64,000 nt of DNA from an uncultured Pseudobdellovibrionaceae bacterium. Lineage in GTDB: Bacteria > Bdellovibrionota > Bdellovibrionia > Bdellovibrionales > JAGQZY01. Positions 27,633 through 37,960 of the stretch are shown piece after piece. The DNA lies in NCBI GenBank assembly GCA_964579625.1, contig CAZOGU010000005.1, positions 1,145 to 65,144 of the forward strand. The letters are read 5' to 3'. A model generated the notes under the pieces. That model did no database searches, was not told where the DNA came from, and worked only from the letters and a program-made list of their open reading frames with translations. Made by a program: the position numbers and the translations under genes. Positions within the stretch are counted from its first letter, which is position 1. Every line of letters starts with the position of its first letter.

Positions 27633-29111
27633 CTAAGAGTTCTGACTGAACTCTTTTCCGTCGAAAGACACGATTGTTTGTTTTTCGTCGAAGCTTGTCG
27701 AAATATGAACGGGGCGCTTCCAAATTTTAAACAAATTGCGAAGCGTTTCTTCCATATAATTTTGCTGCATTTCTACACCTTCAAACAAATGTCTTAATAA
27801 CAGTTCGCCACGGTTTTTGTGATTCGCATTTTCGACATGAATGATCGGCTGACCAAAATTTGTTAACTGAAACAACAGCTGCTTCTTGACCATCGGAAAC
27901 TGTCTTGTATCAACCTCGTACTGCCCTGTTCTCTGGTTAAACCGATAAACAAACATTTTATTCTGGACGCAAAACTCTTCGGTTAAATACTCATCAATAA
28001 AAGTGACGTCATTGTAGTCGCGGCGGACTTGGAATATCTTTTCGCGCCCTTGGCCGAGCTTGCGGTCCCAGTTTTTTCGTTCGTTGATATCCGTGCACTC
28101 ATTCCACTCTTTACCAAACTGCCCCTTGTTCCATCTTTCTTCGATATTGCGGAACAACTCAATTCCGACCTTGTAGGGATTAAAGCTCGTTGGCGACATG
28201 GCCAAGGTTCCGGCGCAAGCATCCGCATAATCAATCACTTCACTATCAAGCAGAATCTTTTCAGTCATCATTTTAGAGTGCCAGTAGGAGGCCCAGCCTT
28301 CGTTCATGATCTTGGTCATTCCTTGAGGCACAAAATAGTAGGCCTCGGCTCGCACGATAGAGAGCACATCCTGTTGCCAGTTTTTAAGTGGCGCATGGTT
28401 CATCAAAAACAGGAGAACATCGCGCTCCGGGCGCTCGGGAAATTTGATTCTTTCTTCAACGTTTTCGATTTTTTCGTTGGCTTCACTATCGGCTCTAAAT
28501 TTGGCAGCCGAATTGATGTACTCGTCGAGAAACTCTTTTCCGCTCGTAAACAGCGAAGATTTTTGTTGTTCGTCTTGCTCGGCCACATTTGATTTAAAAG
28601 ACGGCTTATAGGGACTATAGCGATCAATCAGGTTTTCTAAACTTAAGCACTGATCAATAAAAATTTCCACCTCTTCTAGGCCATAGCGATCAATGTACCT
28701 GCGAATGCGCGTGGCATGGTTTGCCATGGTGTCCATCATTTTGCGATCTGTCGGCTCAAACCACTTGTTGTTTTTAAAAAAATCACAGTGGCCATAGACG
28801 TGAGCCATCACCAACTTTTGGTCAACGGTGCGATTGCCCTCCATTAAATAGGCATAACAAGGATCATTGTTGATCACCATTTCGTAGATTTTCGAAAGTC
28901 CGTATTCATAACTTTTTGAAAGCCGCTCGTATTCCATCCCAAAGCGCCAGTGAGGATAGCGCACCGGAAAGCCTCCGTAAGCCGCAAACTGACTCATTTG
29001 ATCGTAGGTAATGATCTCAAAAATCGTTTCGTAAAGATCGAGACCAAACCCTTCGGCAATTTTAAGAATTTTTTGGCGGGCCTTTTCGAGTTCGGGGGTT
29101 AAATTGGCCAT
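27633..29111 (-). CDS. SpoVR/YcgB-family protein
   Basis: 492 aa with YGGFPVRYPHWRFGMEYE. It is the third gene of a prkA-yeaH-spoVR arrangement. Confidence 0.9.
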   Translation of the reverse strand: MANLTPELEKARQKILKIAEGFGLDLYETIFEIITYDQMSQFAAYGGFPVRYPHWRFGMEYERLSKSYEYGLSKIYEMVINNDPCYAYLMEGNRTVDQKLVMAHVYGHCDFFKNNKWFEPTDRKMMDTMANHATRIRRYIDRYGLEEVEIFIDQCLSLENLIDRYSPYKPSFKSNVAEQDEQQKSSLFTSGKEFLDEYINSAAKFRADSEANEKIENVEERIKFPERPERDVLLFLMNHAPLKNWQQDVLSIVRAEAYYFVPQGMTKIMNEGWASYWHSKMMTEKILLDSEVIDYADACAGTLAMSPTSFNPYKVGIELFRNIEERWNKGQFGKEWNECTDINERKNWDRKLGQGREKIFQVRRDYNDVTFIDEYLTEEFCVQNKMFVYRFNQRTGQYEVDTRQFPMVKKQLLFQLTNFGQPIIHVENANHKNRGELLLRHLFEGVEMQQNYMEETLRNLFKIWKRPVHISTSFDEKQTIVSFDGKEFSQNS

Positions 29112-30208
29112 TAGCGTGCCTTCCCTAGGAAATCTTTGATCGAACCTAAAATGTGTTCCTTATTTTTAATACGACTCAAAACAACTTTTTCTTCGTTTGG
29201 AAATTCTTTTTCTAAATCTTTATAAAACTGGCCGCTGCCATATTTACTTTCAACCTGTCCGTATCCAAAAAAATTCACCTTTGGGAGGAGGTTTTCGACC
29301 AAAAGTTTCATGCAAAGTTTTGTGTCGTCACTGCTCCAGTTGTCGCCATCGCTAAAATGAAAGGGATAAATATTCCACTGATCCGCCGGATAATCTTGCT
29401 CGATCATGTCGCAACAAAGTTTATAGGCCGAGCTGATCAGCGTTCCGCCCGATTCACTGGTGCGAAAGAATGTTTCTTCGTCCACTTCTTTGGCAGCGGC
29501 ATCGTGAACAATGAATCGTGTTTCTAATCCTTTGTAATGTTTTTTAAGCCAGGTGTTAATCCAAAAACTCTCGAGGCGCACGATTTCTTTTTGCTCTTCA
29601 CCCATAGAGCCCGAGACGTCCATAATATAAATCACGACGGCATTGGCTTGTGGTTGAGCGATCGTTTTCGAAGAGCGATATCTAAAATCGCCGCGAATAG
29701 GAATAACAACGGGATTTTTTGGATCATAGATTCCACTGGAAATATAGCGCTTCAGGGCTCTTTTGTACGATGACTTAAAATGCCTTAGTGAGTCTGGCCC
29801 TGCAGGAGCCATTCCCGTGTAGTTTGTCTTTTCACTTTGGATTTTTCCGCCCTTGGGCTCAATGCGAGGAAGTTGCAATTCTTCGCCGAGAATATCGGCC
29901 AATTCATCAAAAGAAATATCCACTTCGAGGCTGTGCTCTCCGGGATCACTTCCCGCTTGACCCTGTCCTGGTTGCTGAGCATCGCCAGCCACGGGATCGC
30001 CATCTTTGCCATCACCCTGACCCACTCCGCCCTGCTGCTTAGGTCCGTATTTAAAGCGAGGGATATCGATGTAAGGAACAGGAATTTTAACAAAGTCTTT
30101 CTCGCGTTTGCCGATTAATTCATCATGCGTCACGTATTTTTTAAAATTCTCGCGAATTTTACCGCGCACAATATCTCGAAATCGGCTCTGGTCTCTGCGA
30201 ATCGACAT
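29111..30208 (-). CDS. YeaH/YhbH-family protein (DUF444, vWA-like)
   Basis: 365 aa. The N-terminus is [21 protein letters not shown], followed by a Gly/Gln-rich loop and a vWA-like DVSGSM motif. Confidence 0.9.
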   Translation of the reverse strand: MSIRRDQSRFRDIVRGKIRENFKKYVTHDELIGKREKDFVKIPVPYIDIPRFKYGPKQQGGVGQGDGKDGDPVAGDAQQPGQGQAGSDPGEHSLEVDISFDELADILGEELQLPRIEPKGGKIQSEKTNYTGMAPAGPDSLRHFKSSYKRALKRYISSGIYDPKNPVVIPIRGDFRYRSSKTIAQPQANAVVIYIMDVSGSMGEEQKEIVRLESFWINTWLKKHYKGLETRFIVHDAAAKEVDEETFFRTSESGGTLISSAYKLCCDMIEQDYPADQWNIYPFHFSDGDNWSSDDTKLCMKLLVENLLPKVNFFGYGQVESKYGSGQFYKDLEKEFPNEEKVVLSRIKNKEHILGSIKDFLGKAR

Positions 30209-30220
30209 GAAGCTCCTGTC

Positions 30221-32293
30221 TTACTTGTTCTCTTTCACGTCACCTCGAGCAAAAATACTTGCGACATACTGGAGAACATCCGTTGCTGAAATTTCGTCGT
30301 AACCAAAATCTTTAATCAGTCGGCCTTTGACGATATCAATCTTCTCTTGTGTCTCTTTGTCGACCTCAGAGGTGACAAGTGACGTGAGTTTGATACTGTC
30401 TTTTTGATCCTCAAAGAGTTTCAGCTCGAGAGCTTTGTGCAGCCTCTCGTTCATCTTGTAATCAAACTTTTTACCCTCTAGAGCATTCGCGCCAATGTAA
30501 TTCATGATCTCTCGTCGGAAATCGTCTTTTCTCGACTCGGGAATATCAATTTTTTCTTCCACGGCTCTCATCAGTCGCTCATTGGGCTCTTCATCCCGGC
30601 CTGTGAACGGATTTTTTACACGCTCTCTTTGAGTATACGCCTTGACGTTGTCGATGTAATTTCCGCACAAGCGTCCAAGCGCGCCTTCATCGGCACTGAT
30701 CGCTCTTTGCACTTCGGACTTGATAATCTCTTCGTACTCTTTGCGAACCACATCAATCAACTCACGGTATTCTTTTTTAAGCTCTTCATTGGAAAGAAGA
30801 GAATGATGCTTAAGACCAGATTCTAACTCATTGAGCACCATAAACGGATTCACAGAGCCGCGATTGTTTTGTTGCGCCTGAATCAATGAATTCGAAATTT
30901 TATCTTGAATATAACGAGGAGAAATTCCTTCTAGCCCTTCGCGCATTGTATCCTTGCGCAGCTCCTTGATGGTGTCTTCGGTGTAATTAGGCAACGTTTT
31001 TCCATCGTAGAGTTTCATCTTCTGAAGGCGCGTCAGGTTGGCTTTTTTCGGCTTTTCTAAGCGAGTTAAAACGGCCCACATGGCGGCCACCTCGATCGTG
31101 TGAGGAGCAATGCTCACACCACGAATGCGCTTTTTGTTAAAATCTTTTTCGTAAATTTTAACTTCTTCGCGAAGCTTTGTAATATAGGGAACGTCAATCT
31201 TCACTGTTCGATCGCGAAGAGCTTCCATAAATTCATTGTTTTGAAGTTTGCGATATTCTGGTTCGTTGGTGTGGCCAATAATCACTTCATCAATGTGAGT
31301 CTGCGCAAACTTTTTTGGTTTTACGACATGCTCTTGCGAGGCGCCAAGTAGGTCATAAAGGAAGGCGACATCCAGCTTTAACACTTCGACGAATTCAATC
31401 ATTCCGCGGTTTGCGACGTTAAATTCTCCATCGAAGTTAAACGCGCGAGGATCCGAATCAGATCCATACTCCGCGATTTTGCGATAGTTGAGATCTCCCG
31501 TGAGCTCCGTGCTATCTTGGTTCTTTTCGTCTTTCGGCTGAAACGTACCAATCCCTATGCGATCGGCTTCGCTCAAAACCATTCTCTTCACGCGAACATG
31601 AGAGAGAACTTTTGTGAGGTCGCCATTGTACTTTTCCATAAGACTTCTAAAAATAAAACGACTCGGAGGAGAAAGTTCTCCTTCGATTTTGATACGATAC
31701 TCGCCCTGCAGACCGCGGTTGATTTCTTCTTCGACTTTTCCACGAAGAGGCACAGGAACCAGTAGGAGCGGTTCTTCGTGCATTGGACTCATAAAACTTC
31801 TCACGTTAGTTCCAAAAAGACTTCCAAGTGCACCTGACTCATCGACCCACTCAAAAGTATACAAAGCACCATTTTCTGTTTTTGAGTAATGCTCCAAACC
31901 TTTTTTAAGGCGTCGACAGATGGTCGATTTTGCACTTCCCACTGGGCCGTGAAGGAGAATCACTCGCTTTTCAGTACCATACCCTAGCGACGCCGCCTTT
32001 AGAACATTGACAAGTTTCATCAGAGGAATATCAAGACCAAACACACCATCTTTTCCGTCGTTTTCGACGTCATCAAAAAAGTGATATCTTGTGACTTTCT
32101 TTTTCGTATCGACATACTCCGACGAGCCATGCTCGAGAACCATGTCGTACATTCTTTGATACGCATTGCGTGTCACTTTGGGATTTTGTTTAACGAGCTT
32201 GAGGTAGTCGTCAAAACTTCCGGTCCACGTGAGATCTCTAAAGTCCTCACTGCCCTTCCAACCCTTTAGAATGTCTGTTAAAGTGATGGTCAT
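30221..32293 (-). CDS. prkA: PrkA-family serine protein kinase (AAA+ N-domain)
   Basis: 690 aa with Walker [13 protein letters not shown] and the PrkA C-terminal domain. GGAGGG RBS. Confidence 0.92.
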   Translation of the reverse strand: MTITLTDILKGWKGSEDFRDLTWTGSFDDYLKLVKQNPKVTRNAYQRMYDMVLEHGSSEYVDTKKKVTRYHFFDDVENDGKDGVFGLDIPLMKLVNVLKAASLGYGTEKRVILLHGPVGSAKSTICRRLKKGLEHYSKTENGALYTFEWVDESGALGSLFGTNVRSFMSPMHEEPLLLVPVPLRGKVEEEINRGLQGEYRIKIEGELSPPSRFIFRSLMEKYNGDLTKVLSHVRVKRMVLSEADRIGIGTFQPKDEKNQDSTELTGDLNYRKIAEYGSDSDPRAFNFDGEFNVANRGMIEFVEVLKLDVAFLYDLLGASQEHVVKPKKFAQTHIDEVIIGHTNEPEYRKLQNNEFMEALRDRTVKIDVPYITKLREEVKIYEKDFNKKRIRGVSIAPHTIEVAAMWAVLTRLEKPKKANLTRLQKMKLYDGKTLPNYTEDTIKELRKDTMREGLEGISPRYIQDKISNSLIQAQQNNRGSVNPFMVLNELESGLKHHSLLSNEELKKEYRELIDVVRKEYEEIIKSEVQRAISADEGALGRLCGNYIDNVKAYTQRERVKNPFTGRDEEPNERLMRAVEEKIDIPESRKDDFRREIMNYIGANALEGKKFDYKMNERLHKALELKLFEDQKDSIKLTSLVTSEVDKETQEKIDIVKGRLIKDFGYDEISATDVLQYVASIFARGDVKENK

Positions 32294-32370
32294 AATCCCT
32301 CCTGGCTTGTTGAGTCCTTATGAGAGCCTCATCCCGAAAGTCTCTCTCTATCTCTAGTATGCACTATCTG

Positions 32371-32387
32371 AAATTGAGACTCAATTT
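32371..32387. promoter_or_regulatory. 17-bp perfect palindrome upstream of prkA (candidate operator)
   Basis: AAATTGAG-A-CTCAATTT, 78-94 nt upstream of the prkA ATG. Confidence 0.25.
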
Positions 32388-32589
32388 TAGTCCGTATGTG
32401 TCTCGCATTTCGACCTATCTTTAGACAGTGGTCGAGGTCTTTTAGGTGAACCCAAAGTTGCATTTATTTTATCGACTTTTGTTATAGGTCATCAAAGTAT
32501 TTGTTATGTCGCACTCGCCGACATGTGTTCTAGAAAGTCTGAGTTGTTTTAGTGGTTTAAAACCAAATTCACAGAGGATTGTTTTTTCT

Positions 32590-33276
32590 TTAAAGAGTGA
32601 CTTTTTCAAAACCACGAGGAACCAACCATTCAAAACTGACAGATCGCTTTTTGTCCTCGGCGTAATCGAGGTAAATCGTGGACTTTTCGCTTTCGATTTT
32701 CACTTTTCGTGATTTCTGATCTTTTTGCCAGTCCAAAAAGAGGGCCACATTTTCACACTTGACCTGGTTGGACTCTGGTTCACGACACTGCCAAGGAAGT
32801 GGAAGTGGAAATGCTTCTGCAAAAAGGCTAATAATTTGACGAGGGGTAATCTTGGTTTTTAAAAGTCGCTCGAGGGCACGAGTGCCATCATCGGAACGGA
32901 AGTCTTTCCCCTCCATCAAGTTTACAAATTGAGCCTGATCCCCTCTTAAGAGAAGAGTTCCAAGAGGAATATTGAGGATCCCGACGGTGGCATCAATACG
33001 AAAGAACTTGGGATGTGATACGGCCATGTAAAAGTAAATGCGCTCATTCTTATTTTTTTTCTTGTCAAAAATTTCTGCTTTGCCAGAAAAAAATTGCGTA
33101 TTTTCTGGGATCTTTGGACCTCTCACCGTTGAGCAGCCACCCAAAATGAGACTGAACAGTAAAATGACAAAGGGAACTTTACTGGTTTGCAGGAACGCGC
33201 TGTTGTTTTTCAATACGCTTTTGCGTTTGAATTCGTAACTCAATGGTATCAATTTTAGAGCGAATTTTTTGCGCAT
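32590..33276 (-). CDS. lipoprotein, LolB/LolA-like fold (DUF4292-like)
   Basis: Lipobox LILGGCS. The track start at 33276 overlaps the upstream TPR gene by 98 nt. An in-frame TTG at 33213 would give a canonical signal peptide, MKNNSAFLQTSKVPFVILLFSLILGGC. Confidence 0.5.
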   Translation of the reverse strand: MRKKFALKLIPLSYEFKRKSVLKNNSAFLQTSKVPFVILLFSLILGGCSTVRGPKIPENTQFFSGKAEIFDKKKNKNERIYFYMAVSHPKFFRIDATVGILNIPLGTLLLRGDQAQFVNLMEGKDFRSDDGTRALERLLKTKITPRQIISLFAEAFPLPLPWQCREPESNQVKCENVALFLDWQKDQKSRKVKIESEKSTIYLDYAEDKKRSVSFEWLVPRGFEKVTL

Positions 33277-35008
33277 TTGTTACATCTTTTTCATTGTCTG
33301 CTGCTCGCTGATACATTTCGCGAGCTTTGTAAGGCATCTCCACGCGAAAGTAAACATCTCCCAAGTGTTCTGCAATTATGCTCTCTTTGGCTTCGATTTG
33401 ATGCGCTCTTTCGAGAGTCTTCACAGCTTCATCAAAACGACTTTGTTTAAACAAAACCCAACCGAGAGTGTCTAAAATAAAACCGTCATTCGGTCTTAAA
33501 GACAAGGCACGACGCGCGAGCTTTTCAGCTACATCAAGGTTCTTTGTCTTGTCCGCATAAAGATATGCTAAATAATTAAGTCCTTCGACATGGTTTTTAT
33601 CCACTTCGATCAACTTTTCCATCTTTTCCACAGTTTTATCAGACTGACCCATCTGATCGTAAACAGCGCCCAGTTGGTATAAAATCTGTGTGTCTGCAGG
33701 AAATTTTTGCATTCCCTTTTCTAATAATTTGCGAGCGTCATCGTAACGTTTTTGCGTCTCTAAAAATGATCCATAGAGAGCAAATATTTTTGCGTTATCA
33801 TCTAAGAATTCGATATGACTTTCAAGAAGTGCAATCGCCGCGTTTGGATTTTCGAGGAGTTTATAAAGATAAGCCATGTGCATCACAGAGTCGGCAAAAT
33901 ATTTGCTCGATTTTGGAATTTCTTTAAACTGCTGAATGGCCGCTGGGAAATCCTTCACTTCCTCGTAAACAGCGCCAAGATAAAAACGCACGCGATCGGA
34001 CTCGGGAGTTTGGTGAAGAATTCCTTCGAGAAGCGGGATCGCTTCTTTAAACTTTTTCTGATCCACGAGGATAAAGGCCATTTTGAGTTGTGCATTCAGG
34101 TTGCCCTGATCCAATTCATTAATGGTTTTTAAGTGTTCATAAGCTTTTTCGTACTCTTCTTTGACGAGATAAGCTTGCACAAGACTCTCTGCCACAGAGA
34201 CATCGGGCCCATGGTGCTTTTGGTAGGCTTCGTAGAGTGCAATGGCCTTTTCGCCCTGATTGCGCTTTTCGTAGATCGAACCAAGCTCGATCACACTTTG
34301 TACAAAGTTTTGTTCGTTTTTAAGAGACATTTTAAATGCGGTCTCGGCATTTGCCATTGCATTGGCGCCTTTTTTCATCAGATATGTGCGGCCCAAGTAA
34401 TACCAAACGATGTGTGACTTTGGATTCTTTTTTGCCAACCCCTCAAAGTACTGAGCAGCTTGATCGATTTTGTTTTCATCAAGATACGTTGCGCCCAATA
34501 GGATTTGCGCTTCTTGGTTTTTAGGATCCAAAGCCAAAAGCTCTTGGTAACCTTTGCGCGCTTTTTCGTGGAAACCCAAAACTGAATTAAGACTCGATTG
34601 TAAAATTCGCGCTTCTGCAAAATCTCTCTTGATTTTAAGAGCTTCGTCGCAATGCTCTAAAGCCTGACCCACAAGGCCCGCTCGCACATATTCACTCGCC
34701 AAACGGAAGTGACTGCGAAAGGATTTTTTGTCGTAAACCAGACTCATTTTGTAATTTTCGATGGCCTTCGACCACTCGCCTTGCATGCTGTAAGATTCAG
34801 CAAGTGTGAAGTGATAATCGGCCTTGCTTTGCTCTTGAACGTTGGTCATGTCTTCTTGTTTTTCGGGCAATGACAGACTGGCAGGTGCGTCACCTTTGAT
34901 GTCATAAGCTTCGCTTTTAAAGATTGCCGGAGAGGACAAATTCCACGTGGCACAGCCTGAAACACCTAAAAAAAGTACAATAGTTCTGATAGTCACATTT
35001 AGACGCAT
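33179..35008 (-). CDS. TPR-repeat lipoprotein
   Basis: 609 aa with signal and lipobox FLGVSGC, followed by more than 10 TPR-like repeats. Confidence 0.8.
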   Translation of the reverse strand: MRLNVTIRTIVLFLGVSGCATWNLSSPAIFKSEAYDIKGDAPASLSLPEKQEDMTNVQEQSKADYHFTLAESYSMQGEWSKAIENYKMSLVYDKKSFRSHFRLASEYVRAGLVGQALEHCDEALKIKRDFAEARILQSSLNSVLGFHEKARKGYQELLALDPKNQEAQILLGATYLDENKIDQAAQYFEGLAKKNPKSHIVWYYLGRTYLMKKGANAMANAETAFKMSLKNEQNFVQSVIELGSIYEKRNQGEKAIALYEAYQKHHGPDVSVAESLVQAYLVKEEYEKAYEHLKTINELDQGNLNAQLKMAFILVDQKKFKEAIPLLEGILHQTPESDRVRFYLGAVYEEVKDFPAAIQQFKEIPKSSKYFADSVMHMAYLYKLLENPNAAIALLESHIEFLDDNAKIFALYGSFLETQKRYDDARKLLEKGMQKFPADTQILYQLGAVYDQMGQSDKTVEKMEKLIEVDKNHVEGLNYLAYLYADKTKNLDVAEKLARRALSLRPNDGFILDTLGWVLFKQSRFDEAVKTLERAHQIEAKESIIAEHLGDVYFRVEMPYKAREMYQRAADNEKDVTNAQKIRSKIDTIELRIQTQKRIEKQQRVPANQ

Positions 35009-35211
35009 TACGTCTCCCTCAAATATCTATCGGAGGGGAAACGGATTAAATGAAGTGCTTTTCAAAGAACTAATCTTTAGTTGAGCTATAATTTATTTAG
35101 TAATTACAGCATCTTATGGGCGGCATAAGGTTTTGTTTTGATTTAAAAATGAGGCGTTTTTAGCTCTAAAATAAGAGGGCTAGAATAAAATATGCTCGAA
35201 TATTGGACTGC

Positions 35212-35240
35212 TTGACAACACATGGCGGCAGCTCTATGTT
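35212..35240 (+). promoter_or_regulatory. sigma-70-like promoter candidate for the phaR-like gene
   Basis: TTGACA, a 17-nt spacer, then TATGTT, about 90 nt upstream of the CDS. Confidence 0.3.
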
Positions 35241-35326
35241 CGCGCTGTGCTATAGACAAATTTAACCAGCTTTCTGTCTATTGATTGGGCGCGTAGCTTG
35301 ATAATTGAGAGAGTAAATCTGGACAA

Positions 35327-35869
35327 TTGACGGGAGGACCTTTGCTAAACACAAACCAAGACAACAAAAAAGTGAAGATCATCAAAAGATATCAGAACCG
35401 AAAACTCTACGATACCCAGCAAAGCTGTTATGTGACGCTTGATGATATCGCTAAAATGATTCGCTCTGACGAAGAAGTGATGGTTATCGATAACAAAACT
35501 AAAAATGACATTACTGCTGCAACTTTGACGCAGATCATTTTTGAATCTGAAAAGAAAGCCTCTCAGTACTCTCCTCTTTTCACATTGCGCGAAATCATTC
35601 AGCACGCAAACGGAAGCATTTCGAGCTACCTTGCAAAACTTGGCGCCTTCCCTAAAGAATACATTGTGAAAGCAGCTCAGCCTTCGACTTCAAAATCCAC
35701 TCAACAGGATTCTGTGATCGATAAAGCGGCTCAGACTTACGACACTGTTAAGCAATCCATCGAAAACCGTATTGCTCAGGCAGCAACGCAAGAAAATACA
35801 ACAGGCTACACAACTCTTCCAGTTCCAGAAGAAACTCCAAGCCTGCCAAATCCAAACAACAAGTTCTAA
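35327..35869 (+). CDS. phaR: PhaR-like protein (PHA/PHB accumulation regulator DNA-binding domain)
   Basis: IKRYQNRKLYDTQQSCYVTLDDIAKMI matches the PHB_acc_N signature. The likely true start is TTG 35342, 4 nt after GGGAGGA. Confidence 0.75.
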   Translation: MTGGPLLNTNQDNKKVKIIKRYQNRKLYDTQQSCYVTLDDIAKMIRSDEEVMVIDNKTKNDITAATLTQIIFESEKKASQYSPLFTLREIIQHANGSISSYLAKLGAFPKEYIVKAAQPSTSKSTQQDSVIDKAAQTYDTVKQSIENRIAQAATQENTTGYTTLPVPEETPSLPNPNNKF

Positions 35870-35901
35870 TTTAAAATCTCCAAGATTTTAAAAACTAAAC
35901 G

Positions 35902-35927
35902 AGCCCGCCAAAAGCGGGCTTTTTTTA
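35902..35927 (+). terminator. rho-independent terminator after phaR-like gene
   Basis: AGCCCGC-CAAAA-GCGGGCT followed by a T7 run. Confidence 0.75.
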
Positions 35928-35975
35928 TGCCTCGGTAGGACCGAAGACTCCGTCTCTCAAGAATATCTAACGGCC

Positions 35976-37214
35976 TTAATACGCTCGCTGGGTGATGAAG
36001 GTCTTTTTGTTGGGTTGGATGGTGACGTCGCCTTCCCAAACTGTGGTTTGGTTGTTGTAGCCCATCACCTTAATATAGTGTTTTCCTGGCGCTAAATAAA
36101 CGCGGGAAACTTGGAAACTGGCTGGTAGCGTGGACCATTGGCGCAGATCGGCCGTGTCCATGGCTTCGAAGAGAAATGTGGCCAGTGCGGCCACCTGGAC
36201 TGCGGTGTGTTTTTGGTTTTGGCGGGCGGACTCCCGAACGGCAACGCGCGCGGCCTGTCGTGCGAGGGCGCGGGCAACGAGTTTTGCAAAAATCGCATCC
36301 ATTGTTTGGATCGAGATTAAATCGAGATCATACACTTTTTCGGAGTGGATTTTTTGGTCGCCAACTAAAACATCCACCGAGCCAATGGTTTTGGCAACCG
36401 GCACCATCATGGGAAATGTTTTGTTTTCGGGGCGCATGTGTTTTCGTGCGATCCATCCCTGCTGAAAAATAAATACAAACTCTCCGCGCCCTTTGGTGTT
36501 TTTGATATCCAAAGATTTTTCAAGTGCTGGCCATTTTCTTTGGTACTTTTCATAGTCTGTAGCGCGACCTGAGCGCTTTGCGGTAACTAAAACGTCGCGC
36601 TTGATTACATCCACTTCTGGAGCCATTTCGTGGGCTTTGGAATAAAGAACAAAGGCGTTATCTAAGTCGCCTTGCGCCTCCCAAAGCATTCCCGCCAGGT
36701 AAGCAGCAAAAGAAGCTTGGCGTTTTTTGGTATCGGTATCCATCTCTGTCGAAAGTTTGTTGAGCTTTTCGTTGAGTTTACGAGCCATCACCTGGGCGTT
36801 GTCGTAGTCGCCTAACATGAGATAATTAAGTGCTCTATATATAGTGATTAAAACAAACTCAAAAATTTCGGCCTTATATTGAACAATGCCTTCCTGAACA
36901 ATCATCGCCCCTGTTTCACGAGACACACTGGTGTAATCGTTGAGCTCAGACATTTTTTCGGCTTGTTGGAAGGCTTTGTTGCTCTCTTCGTAGCGGCCGG
37001 CTTGATGAAGGGCCGTGGCGTACTCTAATAGATAGGCGAGTTGGTCGCCATTGGCTGTTTCGTATTTCTTTTTAAAAACCTCGATGGCTTCGTCATGACG
37101 GTTGGCCTCCATCGACTCTCTCGCCGACGAGACTTGGCTTTGATAGGTGGCACAACCTAAAATGAGAAAGGCGCCCAAAATACAAAGGCGCCCGATCAAT
37201 TTATTTAAATTCAT
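35976..37214 (-). CDS. lipoprotein with TPR-like helical repeats
   Basis: Signal and lipobox FLILGCA, 412 aa. It starts 3 nt after the LpoB-like gene ends. Confidence 0.6.
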   Translation of the reverse strand: MNLNKLIGRLCILGAFLILGCATYQSQVSSARESMEANRHDEAIEVFKKKYETANGDQLAYLLEYATALHQAGRYEESNKAFQQAEKMSELNDYTSVSRETGAMIVQEGIVQYKAEIFEFVLITIYRALNYLMLGDYDNAQVMARKLNEKLNKLSTEMDTDTKKRQASFAAYLAGMLWEAQGDLDNAFVLYSKAHEMAPEVDVIKRDVLVTAKRSGRATDYEKYQRKWPALEKSLDIKNTKGRGEFVFIFQQGWIARKHMRPENKTFPMMVPVAKTIGSVDVLVGDQKIHSEKVYDLDLISIQTMDAIFAKLVARALARQAARVAVRESARQNQKHTAVQVAALATFLFEAMDTADLRQWSTLPASFQVSRVYLAPGKHYIKVMGYNNQTTVWEGDVTIQPNKKTFITQRAY

Positions 37215-37217
37215 TCA

Positions 37218-37814
37218 TTAAATGCCAACGCGGCGTTTTTTAAACTTCTTACGAATTTCTTTTTGATCCGCCCACTCATGCTCGCTTGTTTTAAGATTGG
37301 TCATCATAAGAGTGAGTTTGTAATAAACAGTTTTTTCTTTTCCAACTTCTTTAACAATCGAATCCAAGCGACCATTGATAATGTAATCCGCTCCGGACTG
37401 ACCACCTGGACCTTTTTTAGTGTCCTTACCAACCATTCCAGAGTTTTGATATTCGTATTCATCTGCGATATCTTGGCGAGCTTCTTTGTCAATAAAGCGA
37501 ACTTTGCCTGCAGACATAAGATCCACTTTCACCATATCCATAATGCTTTGGCCATCAATCACTTCGCCCGTTTTATTTTGCAGTTTTGTGACCATCACCA
37601 ATGGCGGTCTTTTGGCTTCTGCAATGGAGCGATTTTTTAGTAGGCTTGCAACCAAATCGTTCACTGCTTTTTGCATGTCTGTTTCTGACCAGAGATCATC
37701 GAGTAAGTTTTCGTTACTAACGTCGTCGTAAGACCCCTTCGAAAATTGTCTTGTTCCGCAGCCTTGAAGTACAAGGGAAACAAAAACAACTGTTAATATA
37801 TAAAAAGATCTCAT
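37218..37814 (-). CDS. LpoB-like lipoprotein (COG3417 family)
   Basis: Lipobox LVLQGCG. The segments DMQKAVNDLVASLL...PPLVMVTKLQNKTGEVIDGQSIMDMVKVDLMSAGKVRFIDKE...ADYIINGRL follow the LpoB/COG3417 pattern. Confidence 0.55.
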   Translation of the reverse strand: MRSFYILTVVFVSLVLQGCGTRQFSKGSYDDVSNENLLDDLWSETDMQKAVNDLVASLLKNRSIAEAKRPPLVMVTKLQNKTGEVIDGQSIMDMVKVDLMSAGKVRFIDKEARQDIADEYEYQNSGMVGKDTKKGPGGQSGADYIINGRLDSIVKEVGKEKTVYYKLTLMMTNLKTSEHEWADQKEIRKKFKKRRVGI

Positions 37815-37960
37815 TTAAACCTCCAATGATTTCCCTAAATCTATCAATTAATTTTTAAAATGCGAACTCTTTTTGGTCTCGACCCGACGAGTAGACCTTC
37901 TGGACCCACTTGGTCGCCCGGCTCTGCGACTCGGCAGAGTGGGTTTGTTTTGGGGTGGGG

